From Solirubrobacteraceae bacterium (GTDB lineage Bacteria; Actinomycetota; Thermoleophilia; Solirubrobacterales; Solirubrobacteraceae), in contig JAEMRF010000002.1 of assembly GCA_016463515.1 (NCBI GenBank), positions 15,081 through 79,080 on the forward strand: a stretch of DNA of 64,000 nt, read 5' to 3'. The translations under genes were made by a program, and so were the position numbers. The notes under the pieces were generated by a model. That model had not been told where the DNA came from. It saw only the letters and a list, made by a program, of their open reading frames with translations, and ran no database searches. This document shows, one piece after another, positions 62,468 through 64,000 of the stretch; the stretch's first letter is position 1; every line of letters begins with the position of its first letter.

Positions 62468-63879
62468 ACGTCCTGACCTCCTCCACCACCGATGCGCAGC
62501 TGGTCGCCGCCTACCGGGCCGGGGACACGCGGGCGTTCGACGCGATCCACGACCGGTACCAGGCCCGGCTCGAGCGGTTCGCGCGGCGCATGCTCCAGGC
62601 GAACCCCGCGGTCGTCGAGGACGTCGTGCAGGAGTCGATGCTGCGTGCCAGCCGGGCGCTGCTGCGCGACGACCGCCATATCGAGCTCAAGCCGTGGCTG
62701 TACCGGCTGACGCGCAACTGCGCCCTCGACGAGATCAGCCGCGTGCGCACCGACTCGTTCGCGCTGGACGACGACACGGGCCTCGAGCTGGTGGGTCCCG
62801 TTGCCCTGCAGCCTGAGGACGCGAGCGAGCAGCGGACCTCGGTGCGTGAGACCCTGGCCGACCTCGCGGCGCTGCCGGAGTCCCAGCGCCACGCGCTCGT
62901 GCGGCGCGAGGTCGACGGGCTCAGCCACGAGCAGATCGCCGGCGAGCTGGGCATCACGCCACAGGCCACCCGCAGCCTCGTCTTCCGTGCGCGTACGAGC
63001 CTCATGCAGGAACGCGAGGCGCGGACCGTCGACTGCGAGGGCGTGCGCGTCGACCTGCTGCGCGCGCATGACGAACGCCGACGCGCGTCAGCGGCGTCGC
63101 TGCGCCACGTCGCCCACTGCGGCGCCTGCCGGGCGTTCCGCCGGGACCTCAAGCGCATGCGCCACGCCGCCGCGATCATGATTCCCGGCCCGCTGCTCGT
63201 CCTGGGTCTGGGCTCGATCAAGATCGGCGGAACGGTCGTTGCCGGCAAGAAGGCCGCGGCGGTCGCCGGGATCGCGGCCGTGGGCGTCGCGGGGCTGGGC
63301 ACGCAGGTCTTCGGACCGGGCGATCCCTCGCCCGTCCCGGTGCAGAGCAAGGCCGTCCCGCAGGGGCAGCTCGCGCAGGGACAGCCGATCCCGGCCGGGA
63401 CCGCGGTCGTGCGGCAGGTGCTCGAACTGCAGGCCGGAGCGCTGCAGCGCCGCGAGCTGACGATGACCTGCCCGCCCGGGACGCGCGTCGCCGACCTGCT
63501 GCCGCCGGCCGGGGCGAAGCTCGCGGTGACGTACGCGGCGCCGACGGTCGTCGGCGCGACCCGAGCCGCGCGGGTGCGGTTCGCTCCAGCCGATCTTCCG
63601 GCGCCGGCGCGCGTGACGCTCACCATGCTGTGCAAGCGCCCGGCGGCTTCGGGGTCCATCGTGGCCGCCGACCAGCGCGCCGCGGCCCGGCCGACACACC
63701 GCGTCATCGCCGACGACGCCCTGCTGCGCGACGCGCCCCGCGGCGATGCCGCCAGCGGCAGCGTCCGTCGCGGCCAGCCCGTCGCCGTCCGCGCGCGAGA
63801 CGGCGCGTGGAGCCGCGTCGTCACTGACACGGGCGAGCGCGGCTGGATCGCGTCACGCGACCTCGCGCCGCTGCCATGA
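62464..63879 (+). CDS. ECF sigma factor fused to an anti-sigma-like zinc-finger/TM segment and an extracytoplasmic domain ending in an SH3-like module.
   Basis: Region 2 is DVVQESMLRA...WLYRLTRNCALD and region 4 is EVDGLSHEQIAGELGITPQATRSLVFRAR. HVAHCGACRAF and a TM helix (IMIPGPLLVLGLGSI) follow. The C-terminus GQPVAVRARDGAWSRVVTDTGERGWIASRDL is SH3-like. The start overlaps the upstream stop as ATGA. Confidence 0.8.
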   Translation: MNVLTSSTTDAQLVAAYRAGDTRAFDAIHDRYQARLERFARRMLQANPAVVEDVVQESMLRASRALLRDDRHIELKPWLYRLTRNCALDEISRVRTDSFALDDDTGLELVGPVALQPEDASEQRTSVRETLADLAALPESQRHALVRREVDGLSHEQIAGELGITPQATRSLVFRARTSLMQEREARTVDCEGVRVDLLRAHDERRRASAASLRHVAHCGACRAFRRDLKRMRHAAAIMIPGPLLVLGLGSIKIGGTVVAGKKAAAVAGIAAVGVAGLGTQVFGPGDPSPVPVQSKAVPQGQLAQGQPIPAGTAVVRQVLELQAGALQRRELTMTCPPGTRVADLLPPAGAKLAVTYAAPTVVGATRAARVRFAPADLPAPARVTLTMLCKRPAASGSIVAADQRAAARPTHRVIADDALLRDAPRGDAASGSVRRGQPVAVRARDGAWSRVVTDTGERGWIASRDLAPLP

Positions 63880-63977
63880 CCAGGAAACACCGGGGTCAAT
63901 CCACGGGACCTCCCCTGGTGCGCGCGCACCCGCGCGCGACGAGACTGCCGATCACCACCCCAACCAGGAGCTCACCC

Positions 63978-64000
63978 ATGTCCGCCATCCGCCGCACCCT
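63978..64000 (+). CDS. Start of an unidentified gene, truncated by the window end.
   Basis: ATG preceded by CAGGAGC. Only 7 codons are visible. Confidence 0.25.

Noticed and set aside
1-64000. CRISPR arrays, rRNA genes, IS elements/transposases and prophage structural modules.
   Set aside because: No regularly spaced short direct repeats, no rRNA-like conserved stretches, no DDE or serine-transposase-like ORFs, and no terminase, portal or capsid-like ORFs were seen in any frame.

Overview
This is a very GC-rich, actinobacterium-like chromosomal segment. The taxon is inferred only from G/C-rich third codon positions, GGAGG-type ribosome-binding sites, frequent GTG starts and many 4-nt ATGA/GTGA gene overlaps. 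I can support about 60 protein-coding genes. There is also the window-truncated 5' end of a tRNA-Val-like gene (1-24) and a 42-nt 5'-half copy of the same tRNA (60727-60768) next to a tyrosine integrase. I saw no rRNA, CRISPR array, IS/transposase or phage structural genes.

The content is a mosaic:
- 3.7-13.5 kb: an orphan VirD4/TraD-like ATPase plus a cytosolic CAP-domain protein, divergent from a translationally coupled vWA/PP2C/Ser-Thr-kinase (TerY-P-type) triad. The triad is followed by a DUF4407-like membrane protein and a transglutaminase-like STAND NTPase with TPR repeats.
- 15.4-23.2 kb: twin paralogous lipoproteins convergent on a 1073-aa Lon-like-protease/TM/beta-propeller protein.
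- 26-33 kb: housekeeping-like genes, namely tyrS-GNAT-pheA and a murD paired with a PP-loop protein.
- 33.2-42.3 kb: a tightly packed dcm-vsr-GHKL ATPase-PD-(D/E)XK-Z1-hypothetical-SRA-like/Mrr nuclease cluster.
- 42.3-60.7 kb: secreted repeat proteins, nuclease-like genes, EcsC, an NrtR-like regulator divergent from an SPFH/NAD-kinase-like pair, and a compact integration module (replication-relaxation, LAGLIDADG-like HTH protein, MarR, Xis-like, integrase).
- 60.9-64 kb: secreted proteins and a fused ECF sigma/anti-sigma protein.

All functional calls rest on motifs I could read in the translations. No database search was possible, and many start codons are uncertain.
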